Shown here: positions 1 through 7,812 of the stretch, one piece after another
How the letters are laid out: the number at the start of each line of letters is the position of its first letter
Position numbering within the stretch: the first letter of the stretch is position 1
Assembly: GCA_041639695.1 (NCBI GenBank)
Contig: JBEQBQ010000021.1
Span: 1-16,448 of the forward strand
Source of the DNA: Candidatus Nanohaloarchaea archaeon
GTDB taxonomy: Archaea > Nanohalarchaeota > Nanosalinia > Nanosalinales > Nanosalinaceae
Reading direction: 5' to 3'
DNA length: 16,448 nt
The notes under the pieces: model-generated
What the model was told of the DNA's origin: nothing
The model's input: only the letters and a program-made list of their open reading frames with translations
Databases searched by the model: none
Translations under genes and position numbers: made by a program

Positions 1-333
1 ACAACTAAACACGAAGAAACACATATAGCCACAGGCAATCCTGCCGACACATACAATATTGAAGGAGTGGCGTATGCTAGAGAAAACTTCTTCAGGAAAA
101 AGAATGGTATGACGCAAGCAGAATTAGAAGGTCATCCAATCCTTACTATGGTTATCAACCAGTGGACTCCAAGCTATGTTGAAGCTGCAGAGGAACTGGG
201 GGATACGGAAGCACTTGAGACAGCAGCCAACACCCTCAAACAGTGCAAGCCTTCGAAATTTGAACTACTGAAGACTCCTTTGAAGAATCCCTACGTTGAA
301 GAGTTCGAAGAGAGAGTAAGTGAATTAGTCTAG
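1..333 (+). CDS. C-terminal part of a hypothetical protein with an HExxH motif (possible zinc metallopeptidase-like); 5' end lies outside the window
   Basis: Frame of ORF 67..333 is open back to base 1 and reads TTKHEETHIATGNPADTYNIEGVAY...; HEETH at nt 10-24 with a downstream Glu (nt 61-63); stop TAG followed by a T-run (ccttttt). Confidence 0.6.
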   Translation, partial: TTKHEETHIATGNPADTYNIEGVAYARENFFRKKNGMTQAELEGHPILTMVINQWTPSYVEAAEELGDTEALETAANTLKQCKPSKFELLKTPLKNPYVEEFEERVSELV

Positions 334-439
334 CCTTTTTACAATCGAGAACCTCCACAAAAACGCCACTATCCGGTGTAAAGTTTTCTTTAAACGCTTA
401 AACTTTTCTTTAACCTGGATAAACCAATTGGCCCAGAAC

Positions 440-964
440 CTATATGTCGTCCATCAGGTCCTGTTTCTTCTGCTTAAACTCTTCCTCGGTAATTACTCCC
501 TCATCTTTCAGATCTTTCAACTTCTCAAGCTTGTCGAACTCGTCTTCACTTTCTTCCTTGCTGCTTGATTCGCTCTGGGTCTCCATGTCGCTGGAGACCT
601 GTTGTTTCATCTTGTTTTCAACGTCCACGGATACGTCTGTGACGGCGTCCCTTGGACCGGTGGAGCCGGCAAGTGTCATCACCTTCCATGTCTTGGTCAT
701 CGCCCATGCTCCTACAGGTAGGAAGAGTATTGTCAGCATTAAGGCAAGGCTTAGTCCGAACCATAGGAGTCCGAGCCACCACCCGATGAATATGAACCAG
801 ATGAAACGGACTATAGGATGTGTACGGGATTTGCCTGATCCGCTGGATAAAAGCATTATCAGGCCGAAGAAACCTGCGATAAGAGCTAAAGGCACAATTA
901 TATTTAGTAATCCTGTACCGGTCTGCATACCTCTTCCACCTGCGCCTACGAAAGTTGCCAGCAT
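440..964 (-). CDS. Membrane protein with YccF-like inner-membrane domain and C-terminal SHOCT domain
   Basis: Hydrophobic segments including RFIWFIFIGWWLGLLW...LTILFLPVG (YccF-like); C-terminal DKLEKLKDLKDEGVITEEEFKQKKQDL is a typical SHOCT motif; TTTTAAA box at 991-997 about 30 nt upstream. Confidence 0.8.
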   Translation of the reverse strand: MLATFVGAGGRGMQTGTGLLNIIVPLALIAGFFGLIMLLSSGSGKSRTHPIVRFIWFIFIGWWLGLLWFGLSLALMLTILFLPVGAWAMTKTWKVMTLAGSTGPRDAVTDVSVDVENKMKQQVSSDMETQSESSSKEESEDEFDKLEKLKDLKDEGVITEEEFKQKKQDLMDDI

Positions 965-1050
965 TACAAAACCAGTTTATTCATGTATTGTTTAAAACAT
1001 GTTCCAAACTTCCGGTGAAAAATTCTACATAGAAAAAGAAATAGGAAATG

Positions 1051-2649
1051 TTAGAAGAGTTCGAGAACTTTCTCAATCAGTCCCGGGCTCTTGTAGAACT
1101 GTGCTGTAGGGCCTTGAGGTTTCTCACCCGACTCAGCGAACTCTCTTGCATCACTGTAAAGCTTCGATGCTTCCTCAGGACTAAATTCTTGGTTGTACTC
1201 TTCAAGTCTTGTGAGGTACTCCTTGAAACGCTCAGACTCCTTTTCACCTAGGCTGTCGGGAACCACGTTAGAGGCAACCTGTCTCGGTTCCTCCCACTCC
1301 GAGGCCTTTTCGACAAGTGTTCTTGCTTGATCGAGTTCTAGGGTTTTCTTGACATCTGCCTCCAAGTCGTTCCACTTGACTTCCTCGATCTTCGACTCGT
1401 AAAAGCTCTCTACGTCCTGAAGTGATTCTTTGTTCTTTGCTGCTTCCACAACTTTGTTGATGAAGTCAGCTCTCTGTACATCCGGAAGATCTTCCTGAAT
1501 ACTTCCTTCCTGGTTTACAACCTGTTTCATGAATTCCTGTGCTCTCCGGGCCTCTTGCTGGTTAAGCGCTCCATCGAGGTACTGTTTCTCGAGGTAGTCG
1601 ACACCGCCTCTGAAGAAGTTGACGTCTTCCTCGTCCTCGATCTCGTCAACCATGTTATCTCCAAATACCTTGCCTAGTTCTGCTGCGAACTCTGCCTCCT
1701 TCATGATACGAGAATACATTTCCTTAGCTTCTTCGTCAGTCATTTCTTCACCGTACTCGGCTGAAATCTTCTTGGCTCTCTGGTAAAGCCTTTTCGCTCT
1801 CTCCTCATCGATATATTCCGTATTAACTAGTTGTTTGAAACTGGTTTGACTTTCGATCTGTTCGACTAGTTTATCGGCTCTTGAAGCTGTCATCTCTCCA
1901 AAGTCCTGTGTCAGCGTCCGGACGTCCCTTGCTACTTCACGTGCTTCCTCGCTCTCCGCAAACCTTTTAACCGCGTCACCTGCATCCTGTACTGATTCGA
2001 ACGCGGAACTGTAGATTTGCCTCATCTCTTCGCTGTTCAACTGTTCCCAGCTCTCAACACCTAGTTCTTCCGCTCTCTGTACCGCATTCCTGTAAAACCT
2101 TTGGGCTTCCTCGTCAGATAACTCCGAGTAAGCCTCTTTTGTAGCGTATTCTGTTCCTTCTACAACGCCCTGGTAAAACTCCTGGGCTTCTTCGCTAGTA
2201 ACCTGTTCGTATCCTTCTTCGCCTACGTTCTGGGCGTCCTCCACAACATTTGAGTAAAAGTCCTGTGCCTGTTCATCGGTTGCTTCGCTTACTACCTCTG
2301 ATCCGAAATCGTTGGCTCTTTCAACACTGTTTTCGTAGAATTCTTGGGCCTGTTGGTCTGTCGCTTCCTGATAAGCCTCCTGTCCGGCATCTCCAACTGC
2401 TTCAGCTCCGTCCTCTATTGCTTTGCCTGTTATCCGTCCTGCGGATTCGGCGGCGTCTCTGAACTCATCCCTGTTCTGTTCGATGGTTTCTCCGGCACTT
2501 TCTACAGCGTCTCCTACACTACCGGCTGCATCATTTATTGCACCGCCTATACTTCCTCCGCCACCACCCCAGCTAAGTGCAGCGGAACCTGTTATTGAAA
2601 GGGTTATCGCCGTCAAAACAACCAAGACCTTAGTTGTGGACTTCATCAT
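1051..2649 (-). CDS. Secreted acidic alpha-helical repeat protein (apolipoprotein/LEA-like composition)
   Basis: Start moved from the TTG at 2742 to MMKSTTKVLVVLTAITLSITGSAA (ATG 2649 or 2646), which reads as a signal peptide; poly-Gly linker, then 27-aa repeats. Confidence 0.75.
   Translation of the reverse strand: MMKSTTKVLVVLTAITLSITGSAALSWGGGGGSIGGAINDAAGSVGDAVESAGETIEQNRDEFRDAAESAGRITGKAIEDGAEAVGDAGQEAYQEATDQQAQEFYENSVERANDFGSEVVSEATDEQAQDFYSNVVEDAQNVGEEGYEQVTSEEAQEFYQGVVEGTEYATKEAYSELSDEEAQRFYRNAVQRAEELGVESWEQLNSEEMRQIYSSAFESVQDAGDAVKRFAESEEAREVARDVRTLTQDFGEMTASRADKLVEQIESQTSFKQLVNTEYIDEERAKRLYQRAKKISAEYGEEMTDEEAKEMYSRIMKEAEFAAELGKVFGDNMVDEIEDEEDVNFFRGGVDYLEKQYLDGALNQQEARRAQEFMKQVVNQEGSIQEDLPDVQRADFINKVVEAAKNKESLQDVESFYESKIEEVKWNDLEADVKKTLELDQARTLVEKASEWEEPRQVASNVVPDSLGEKESERFKEYLTRLEEYNQEFSPEEASKLYSDAREFAESGEKPQGPTAQFYKSPGLIEKVLELF
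1879..2364 (-). repeat. About six degenerate 27-aa (81-bp) protein repeats
   Basis: ATDQQAQEFYENSVERANDFGSEVVSE / ATDEQAQDFYSNVVEDAQNVGEEGYEQ / VTSEEAQEFYQGVVEGTEYATKEAYSE / LSDEEAQRFYRNAVQRAEELGVESWEQ / LNSEEMRQIYSSAFESVQDAGDAVKRF / AESEEAREVARDVRTLTQDFGEMTASR. Confidence 0.85.
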
Positions 2650-2804
2650 AATTATAGCAGTCTTTCTCAAGTTTGAAAAACGTTTATCCAACCCAACAGG
2701 TTTTTTTCGGTTCGGAAAACCAGGATTACCGGAGTTATTCAAGCCCTTGAAACACGGATTTAAACGTTAGAGTTCCGCAGGGTTATTATCGAGGCAAGGT
2801 ATTC

Positions 2805-3161
2805 TTGGAGCAGAAGACAGTTAGAAACGAAGTAGTAAGGGCGAAGGACACACATTCGAGAAGCTTCAATCATTTAACCGAGAACTTCCACGTCGTGATG
2901 TCCGCATTAAGATATTACAGCGTGAAGAAGGGTAAGACCTTTACCTCAACAGAGATGGCCGAGGACTTTCCTTTATCTATACCTGTGGCCGGTTCATGTC
3001 TAAGTCTTCTGGAAGAGTTGGAGGTTGTGGAGCCGAGAACCCGTTCAAGCAGCCCCGACCGTTACATGCCACGGGACACCGACCTGAAGAAGATGGTGCA
3101 GATTAGGAAGGTTTTAGAGGAGAACTACGAGATAGACAGCTTCATGCCCGAAGACAACTGA
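2805..3161 (+). CDS. Putative winged helix-turn-helix DNA-binding protein
   Basis: FTSTEMAEDFPLSIPVAGSCLSLLEELEVVE...RY has the helix-turn-helix-wing pattern; TTG start, TTTAAA at 2759-2764; divergent from the repeat-protein gene. Confidence 0.6.
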   Translation: MEQKTVRNEVVRAKDTHSRSFNHLTENFHVVMSALRYYSVKKGKTFTSTEMAEDFPLSIPVAGSCLSLLEELEVVEPRTRSSSPDRYMPRDTDLKKMVQIRKVLEENYEIDSFMPEDN

Positions 3162-3192
3162 TTCAAAAACACCGTTGCACCAAACTATATGT

Positions 3193-3423
3193 ATGGATCG
3201 TCAACACGTCGAAAGATTTCTCGAATTCCTTGTCATAGGTGTTCTGTTCGGTACAGCAGAGGACCTTCTTGCCGTAACACTGGCGAGTGATGCGACAATC
3301 AACCTACAGGTGATCGGAATTGTTTTAGCGGTTTCAATACCTTTCGCAGCGTTTTCAGAGCTCTGGGTTGACAGGGAAGAGTTCGCTTTCTACGTCTGGC
3401 TCAGGGAGAAAAGCATTCTCTAA
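3193..3423 (+). CDS. Small two-helix membrane protein, hypothetical
   Basis: ATG at 3193 (MDRQH...) preferred over TTG 3175; two hydrophobic stretches FLEFLVIGVLFG and VIGIVLAVSIPFAAF. Confidence 0.7.
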   Translation: MDRQHVERFLEFLVIGVLFGTAEDLLAVTLASDATINLQVIGIVLAVSIPFAAFSELWVDREEFAFYVWLREKSIL

Positions 3424-4445
3424 CTTGGGCCGGATGGACGGTCAGGACGTTCTGGCCTCTCAATCCCTTCATCTCCCTCCCCACTGCTATCTTCGCTCTC
3501 CTGTGTTTCACGTTGCTCATTCTCTGTTTCCTCTTCGGATACATCGGCGTCCTCCGAATTAGAGTCTTCAGTTTCCTGATCTTCCGGGCTTTCATTCTCT
3601 TCTACAGCGGTTCCATAAGGTGCACCGGAATCAGAGTTGTTTGAGGAACTGTTTCCGGTTGCTTCCGGCGGATTTCCATCTGACTGGTTTGTTGTACTGT
3701 TTTGAGGCGAGTTTTCAGAAGTATTTGTCGAGTTTTCAGTCCTGTTCCGGATTTCAGGCTCTTGTCTTGTTTCTGAGCTGTTAGTTTGATTGTTAGTTGA
3801 GTTAGTCGAGCCCTCTCTTGAAGTGTTTCGGTCGTCTTCTTGATCAGACGTGCTTTCTGGTTCCGTGTTATTTCTCTCTTCTGTTTGTGTTTCTGTGTCT
3901 TGTTCTGTGTCTTGTTCTGTGTCTTGTTCTGTGTCTTGTTCTGTGTCTTGTTCTGTGTCTTGTTCTGTGTCTTGTTCTGTGTCTTGTTCTGTGTCTTGTT
4001 CTGTGTCTTCTCGGTTTTCAGTCTCCGCTGTTTCATTTGTCTCATCTGAACTGTTCGAGGTCTGGTAGTTTCCGCGAGGCGGCGCAGGACTGTAGAAACC
4101 AGGATAGGTCGGTTCTGTTGCTCTGTCTTCAGGAACCGGCTCAGTGTACTCCTGCGTGTCTTCCGACATGTTAGGGCTGTAAACATCAGGCGAACTTTCC
4201 GAACTTGTCTCTTGTGGATACCCTGGTTCAGTTGTGAAGTTCTGAGGCCGGTAAGCTTCAGACCCTATATCTGTTGAAAGTTCAGGTTCCGGCTCTTGTT
4301 CCGTCTCTGTCGAGACCTCTTCCTCTATGAAAGGGTTTGAGTTGGCTGCCAACGTGTTAGCCATTATGCCGATCAGAAATATTATGCCGAGTCCGAGCTG
4401 GATTAACTCTTTTGACTCCGGAATATCTGTGTTTTGAGCTTCCAT
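3420..4445 (-). CDS. Membrane-anchored/secreted low-complexity acidic S/T/N-rich surface protein with DTEQ repeats
   Basis: Single N-terminal hydrophobic helix (LIQLGLGIIFLIGIMA), remainder polar and probably disordered, many N-x-S/T sequons. Confidence 0.8.
   Translation of the reverse strand: MEAQNTDIPESKELIQLGLGIIFLIGIMANTLAANSNPFIEEEVSTETEQEPEPELSTDIGSEAYRPQNFTTEPGYPQETSSESSPDVYSPNMSEDTQEYTEPVPEDRATEPTYPGFYSPAPPRGNYQTSNSSDETNETAETENREDTEQDTEQDTEQDTEQDTEQDTEQDTEQDTEQDTEQDTETQTEERNNTEPESTSDQEDDRNTSREGSTNSTNNQTNSSETRQEPEIRNRTENSTNTSENSPQNSTTNQSDGNPPEATGNSSSNNSDSGAPYGTAVEENESPEDQETEDSNSEDADVSEEETENEQRETQESEDSSGEGDEGIERPERPDRPSGPS
3891..4009. repeat. Perfect 12-bp tandem repeat (TTCTGTGTCTTG), nine full copies plus 11/12 of a tenth
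   Basis: Read directly from the sequence; encodes (DTEQ)n on the minus strand in frame. Confidence 0.97.
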
Positions 4446-4534
4446 GTCCGGAGGTTTCTGCTTCAGGCAACTTCAACATTATTTCAATCTATAACCACGG
4501 TTAATCTAGAAAATAAAGGTAAATGATTGCGGTG

Positions 4535-4669
4535 CTAGGCTGATACCGATGTCTCGGATATACAGCTGTGGTGGCAGTATCCATCGGATGACTCGATAAA
4601 GGTCTCGTCAGAAAATACTCTATCACCGCAGATCACGCAGAAACCCAGTTTTTTGCGTAGTTGTTCCAT
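4535..4669 (-). CDS. 44-aa zinc-finger microprotein (CxxC-x18-HxxC), absent from the supplied ORF track
   Basis: Manual translation MEQLRKKLGFCVICGDRVFSDETFIESSDGYCHHSCISETSVSA*; purine-rich GGGGGGAG before ATG, upstream CGAAAG-A-TTTTTAAG BRE/TATA-like element (TATA 4714-4721), T-rich tract after the stop. Confidence 0.7.
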   Translation of the reverse strand: MEQLRKKLGFCVICGDRVFSDETFIESSDGYCHHSCISETSVSA

Positions 4670-4841
4670 GTTTTTCTCCCCCCTTGTCTGGAGTTTACAC
4701 TTGAATATCAAGCCTTAAAAATCTTTCGAGGTAATTTAACGCAATCTCCTACTTCCTCAACTCGACTTGAGCCAAGAAAAACCTTGAAAGTGTCTAGAAG
4801 ATTCCAGTAAGCCTTTTATCGTGAGGTAGCAACGTTGTGCT

Positions 4842-5249
4842 TTAGAACTTTCTTACCTGGTAGAGCTCCAGAAAACCGTCCCCCGAAACATTAAAATCAT
4901 CGCTATAACGGAAGTACAGCATGTAGCCATCAGACTCTATCCCAAGAAGCTCAACCTTCGTATGCTCCTCGCCGTCCCTGGTTAAACCTTCCAGCTCGGT
5001 ATCGAAAGAACCATCCTGATCAACATCGATGTACATGCCTGCCTTGGCAGAGCTCTCGTACAGCAGATCGATGGAGCGGTTGTCAAAATTGGCGGTAGCG
5101 ATCTGGTTAGAGGAGTTGACCCTGACATCCAAAAGCTTCGAGTAACGCTGTTCGACAGGTTCAGACTGGAAAGACTGACCAAATAAAGCTCCTGCGCCTG
5201 TCGCTAAAACAAAAATGCTGGCTGCCAGAACCAGATCACGTGACTCCAT
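4842..5249 (-). CDS. Secreted or membrane-anchored hypothetical protein with a DxDxDG loop
   Basis: N-terminal hydrophobic helix LVLAASIFVLATGAGALFG; DVDQDGSFD resembles a calcium-binding DxDxDG loop. Confidence 0.7.
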   Translation of the reverse strand: MESRDLVLAASIFVLATGAGALFGQSFQSEPVEQRYSKLLDVRVNSSNQIATANFDNRSIDLLYESSAKAGMYIDVDQDGSFDTELEGLTRDGEEHTKVELLGIESDGYMLYFRYSDDFNVSGDGFLELYQVRKF

Positions 5250-5330
5250 GGTTAATCATTCTTTCTATAAGGCTTTAATTTGTACCCGGTTTTCTACAAA
5301 CTATTAAGATTTGAACCAAAGGAGTGGTTT

Positions 5331-6002
5331 ATGACTACCGGCGAAACCATACCACTGGAAGACTGCTCTAACACAGTCAAAGAGTTTGTAGACAGATATA
5401 TGGTCGAGGGTCTGGAACCTGTTCCTAGAGATGACTTGAATGAAGGAGATCTGATAGTCCTTCACCCCCCATATCATGATGAACCAGGATGTGACAACTC
5501 AGCCTTCGAATTCGGTTTCTACAACCCCCACCATCCTGATGAAGAAGCAGATAATGCTGATATCGGCCTTGAAGGATCTTTCTATACCTTAGGACGATTT
5601 AACCTCTGGGATATTGAATCCCACGACCCTGAACTAGATATCATCGGTTACTCTGGCGAAATAAACATGAACCAAAGTGCTGACGATGAGCTAGCGGATT
5701 TACCAAAAACACCTGAATCAACCGAAGCTCCTTTCCCCAACAAACAGGAACTGAAAGATAAAGCGATTTCAGAAAACACAACACAAAGCATCACAGAATC
5801 CTTAGACATTCAAACAAATCATAAGTGGCGAACTGAGCTATACACAAGCAAATCTCTTGACCACAGGTTGGAACTAGTTGATCGCGGCTGGGAATCAGAC
5901 TACTTAACCCGACTTGAGGGCGAGGACAGAGACCGCTTCAGAACAGCTTTAGAATCTTTAATGGACAGAACAGAAGTGCCAATCTACGTTGAGCACGTAT
6001 AG
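5331..6002 (+). CDS. Acidic hypothetical protein
   Basis: Long acidic ORF; ATG at 5331 preceded by GGAGTGG and a TATTAA box at about 5302-5307; no recognisable family. Confidence 0.7.
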   Translation: MTTGETIPLEDCSNTVKEFVDRYMVEGLEPVPRDDLNEGDLIVLHPPYHDEPGCDNSAFEFGFYNPHHPDEEADNADIGLEGSFYTLGRFNLWDIESHDPELDIIGYSGEINMNQSADDELADLPKTPESTEAPFPNKQELKDKAISENTTQSITESLDIQTNHKWRTELYTSKSLDHRLELVDRGWESDYLTRLEGEDRDRFRTALESLMDRTEVPIYVEHV

Positions 6003-6061
6003 AGAAGTATTGGTGTAAGGAATTCTCCAATAGCGTAATTCTATGAGAGAAATAAGTTCTT

Positions 6062-6170
6062 TGCGGCGTCGGGGATTTGAACCCCGGTTACGACCACTCT
6101 GCCCTTCAGAGAGTGTCTAGCTCTCGTTCTGGATGGCAAGGTCGTGTCTTAGCCACTGGACCAACGCCGC
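6062..6170 (-). tRNA. tRNA-Gly(GCC) with a 37-nt intron at position 37/38
   Basis: Acceptor GCGGCGT/ACGCCGC, anticodon stem CGACC/GGTCG, loop TT-GCC-A|intron|T (anticodon 6137-6135), T arm CGGGG-TTCAAAT-CCCCG; 72 nt after splicing; CCA not encoded. Confidence 0.95.
6097..6133 (-). other. Archaeal tRNA intron forming a bulge-helix-bulge splice motif
   Basis: TTGC (32-35) pairs with intron GCAG, flanked by 3-nt bulges CA|T and AG|T; outer CC/GG pairs and inner GAGAG/CTCTC hairpin. Confidence 0.92.
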
Positions 6171-6214
6171 CTTTCAGTTAGACTGGAGGGGTTTACAGTT
6201 AAAAACCATCCGGT

Positions 6215-6790
6215 TTATTCACTGAACTGACCTAGGAACTGAAGTAATGCGCCTACTGTGCGGTCTTCCTGAACCTCCCCATCAAGGCACATTTCCTTTA
6301 CTTCATCAAAGCTATACCAGTCGGCTTCTATACTTTCCCCTAGTTCAGTATCTTGTTCAACTTTTTCGAAGTCCTCAACTATGAAGTAGTACAGATCCCA
6401 TTCAACTGTGGCTCCGGAATGGTTTTTCTTGAACAGTTTAACCTCACTAGGTTTTATGCCTGCTTCTTCGACAGCTTCGGTCCTCGCTGCCTCTCGAGCT
6501 TTAGGAACAATTTGCTTCCCTCTTTCGAGGAAACTATTGTAGTTTTCTAGCGAATCAAACACTTTGCCGCCCGGCAACCTTATATCCCGATCTCCTATTT
6601 CATGTCGGTATTCATCAGTCAAAAGCATTCTTTCATTTTCAACTATGATCAGCCTGGTGCCTGGCGCTCTCCTCGCTATTTCAAACGTAGTTCTATTTTC
6701 TCCTATCTTCATCGGCTGTCTGATGATTTCAACTATATCTCCTTGAGCAAAGATTTCCTCATCGCCATCAGACTGCGGTATTTTGGACAT
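6215..6790 (-). CDS. Nudix hydrolase, ADP-ribose pyrophosphatase-like
   Basis: LLTDEYRHEIG..IRLPGGKV...AARTEAVEEAGI (Nudix box with an insertion), and ELGESIEADWYSFDEV..M..DGEVQED C-terminus typical of NudF-like enzymes. Confidence 0.8.
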   Translation of the reverse strand: MSKIPQSDGDEEIFAQGDIVEIIRQPMKIGENRTTFEIARRAPGTRLIIVENERMLLTDEYRHEIGDRDIRLPGGKVFDSLENYNSFLERGKQIVPKAREAARTEAVEEAGIKPSEVKLFKKNHSGATVEWDLYYFIVEDFEKVEQDTELGESIEADWYSFDEVKEMCLDGEVQEDRTVGALLQFLGQFSE

Positions 6791-6888
6791 ACTAACCGCT
6801 TATTAACAGCAGATTAATATTATTTGAACCTGGAAACCCTCGGGTAAGCCGCAAAGTTAAGAGTATTCCCCGATTGAACTACAACTAT

Positions 6889-7812
6889 ATGACTGAAGAC
6901 GTGAGGGACTTGATTATCGTGGGAGGGGCTGTCGCAGCCCAGACATCTGCAATCTACGCTGCTAGAAGCGGGATGGACGTTCTTGTTATCGCGGACGAGT
7001 ACGGAGGACAGATAAACAATACTGATGTTGTAGAAAACTACACCGGTTTCAAACATATTTCAGGACCTGAACTAGCGGAAAACTACCTAGAACACATGAG
7101 GGACTACGATGTTGAGGAAGAAAAAGGCGAGAAAATCGTCGACATAAGGAAAGAAGACGGTATTTTTGAACTTGAGAACGAGTCAGGTGAAGTTTTCAAG
7201 TCTTACTCAGTTATTATTGCGACCGGAGGACATAGGAGAAAGCTTAACGTTCCCGGAGAAGAAGAGTTTGAGAACAAAGGGGTAGGTTACTGCGCTGTCT
7301 GTGACGGCCCTCTTTACCAAGACGAGACTGTTGCTGTTATAGGAGGCGGGTATGCCGGTACGGAAGCTGCTGTCTATCTTTCAGATATTGCGGAAAAAGT
7401 ATACGTTCTTTCACGTTCAGGGGTACTGAAAGGAGAAGAAATTACTATAGAAAAGGTCAAGGAAGCCGAGAATGTTGAAGTACTTGAGCAAGCTCTTACT
7501 CAGGAATTTTATGGCGATAACCTTCTTGAAGGCTTGAAGTACGAGGATGAGAACGGAGAGGTTCAGGAACTTGAGGTTACCGGTGCTTTTGTCGAGATAG
7601 GTACTGTTCCTAACTCAGATATAACAGATCTGGTTGAAACGAATGAAGGAGGTTACATCAAAGTCGATAGGGAGATGCAGACCGGTACTGAAGGCTTGTT
7701 TGCTGCTGGAGATGTAGCGGACTGGGGCGCACAACAATTGATTGTCTCGGGAGGTATGGCGTGTCAGGCTGCTTTGAACGCTTCCGACTACGTCAAGGAG
7801 AAGAAGTCCTAA
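6889..7812 (+). CDS. trxB: Thioredoxin-disulfide reductase (FAD-dependent)
   Basis: DLIIVGG FAD fold, GGQ...VENYTGF, IIATG, GVGYCAVCDG redox CxxC, VIGGG, GLFAAGDV; ATG 6889 chosen as start. Confidence 0.93.
   Translation: MTEDVRDLIIVGGAVAAQTSAIYAARSGMDVLVIADEYGGQINNTDVVENYTGFKHISGPELAENYLEHMRDYDVEEEKGEKIVDIRKEDGIFELENESGEVFKSYSVIIATGGHRRKLNVPGEEEFENKGVGYCAVCDGPLYQDETVAVIGGGYAGTEAAVYLSDIAEKVYVLSRSGVLKGEEITIEKVKEAENVEVLEQALTQEFYGDNLLEGLKYEDENGEVQELEVTGAFVEIGTVPNSDITDLVETNEGGYIKVDREMQTGTEGLFAAGDVADWGAQQLIVSGGMACQAALNASDYVKEKKS

Noticed and set aside
964-984. Mini-ORF MNKLVL* overlapping the start of the YccF/SHOCT gene (TAATG)
   Set aside because: Its ATG is only about 7 nt downstream of the TATA box, so it probably lies upstream of the transcription start.
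444-995. Antisense ORFs such as 444..995, 2423..2770, 8071..8442, 10810..11181 and 14455..15021
   Set aside because: Shadow frames of better supported acidic genes with recognisable motifs; S/F/L-rich composition typical of antisense reading.
3602-4186. ORFs 3818..4174, 3840..4049, 3850..4068 (+) and 3602..4186 (-) with CLVL/CVLF/SCSV/KTQN repeats; possible CRISPR-like array
   Set aside because: Alternative frames of a stop-free 12-bp tandem repeat inside the 341-aa gene; no spacers, so not CRISPR.
5308-5317. GATTTGAACC, identical to the tRNA-Gly T-loop region (6074-6083), as a possible att site
   Set aside because: Only 10 bp, does not extend into the acceptor stem, and no integrase nearby; compatible with chance.
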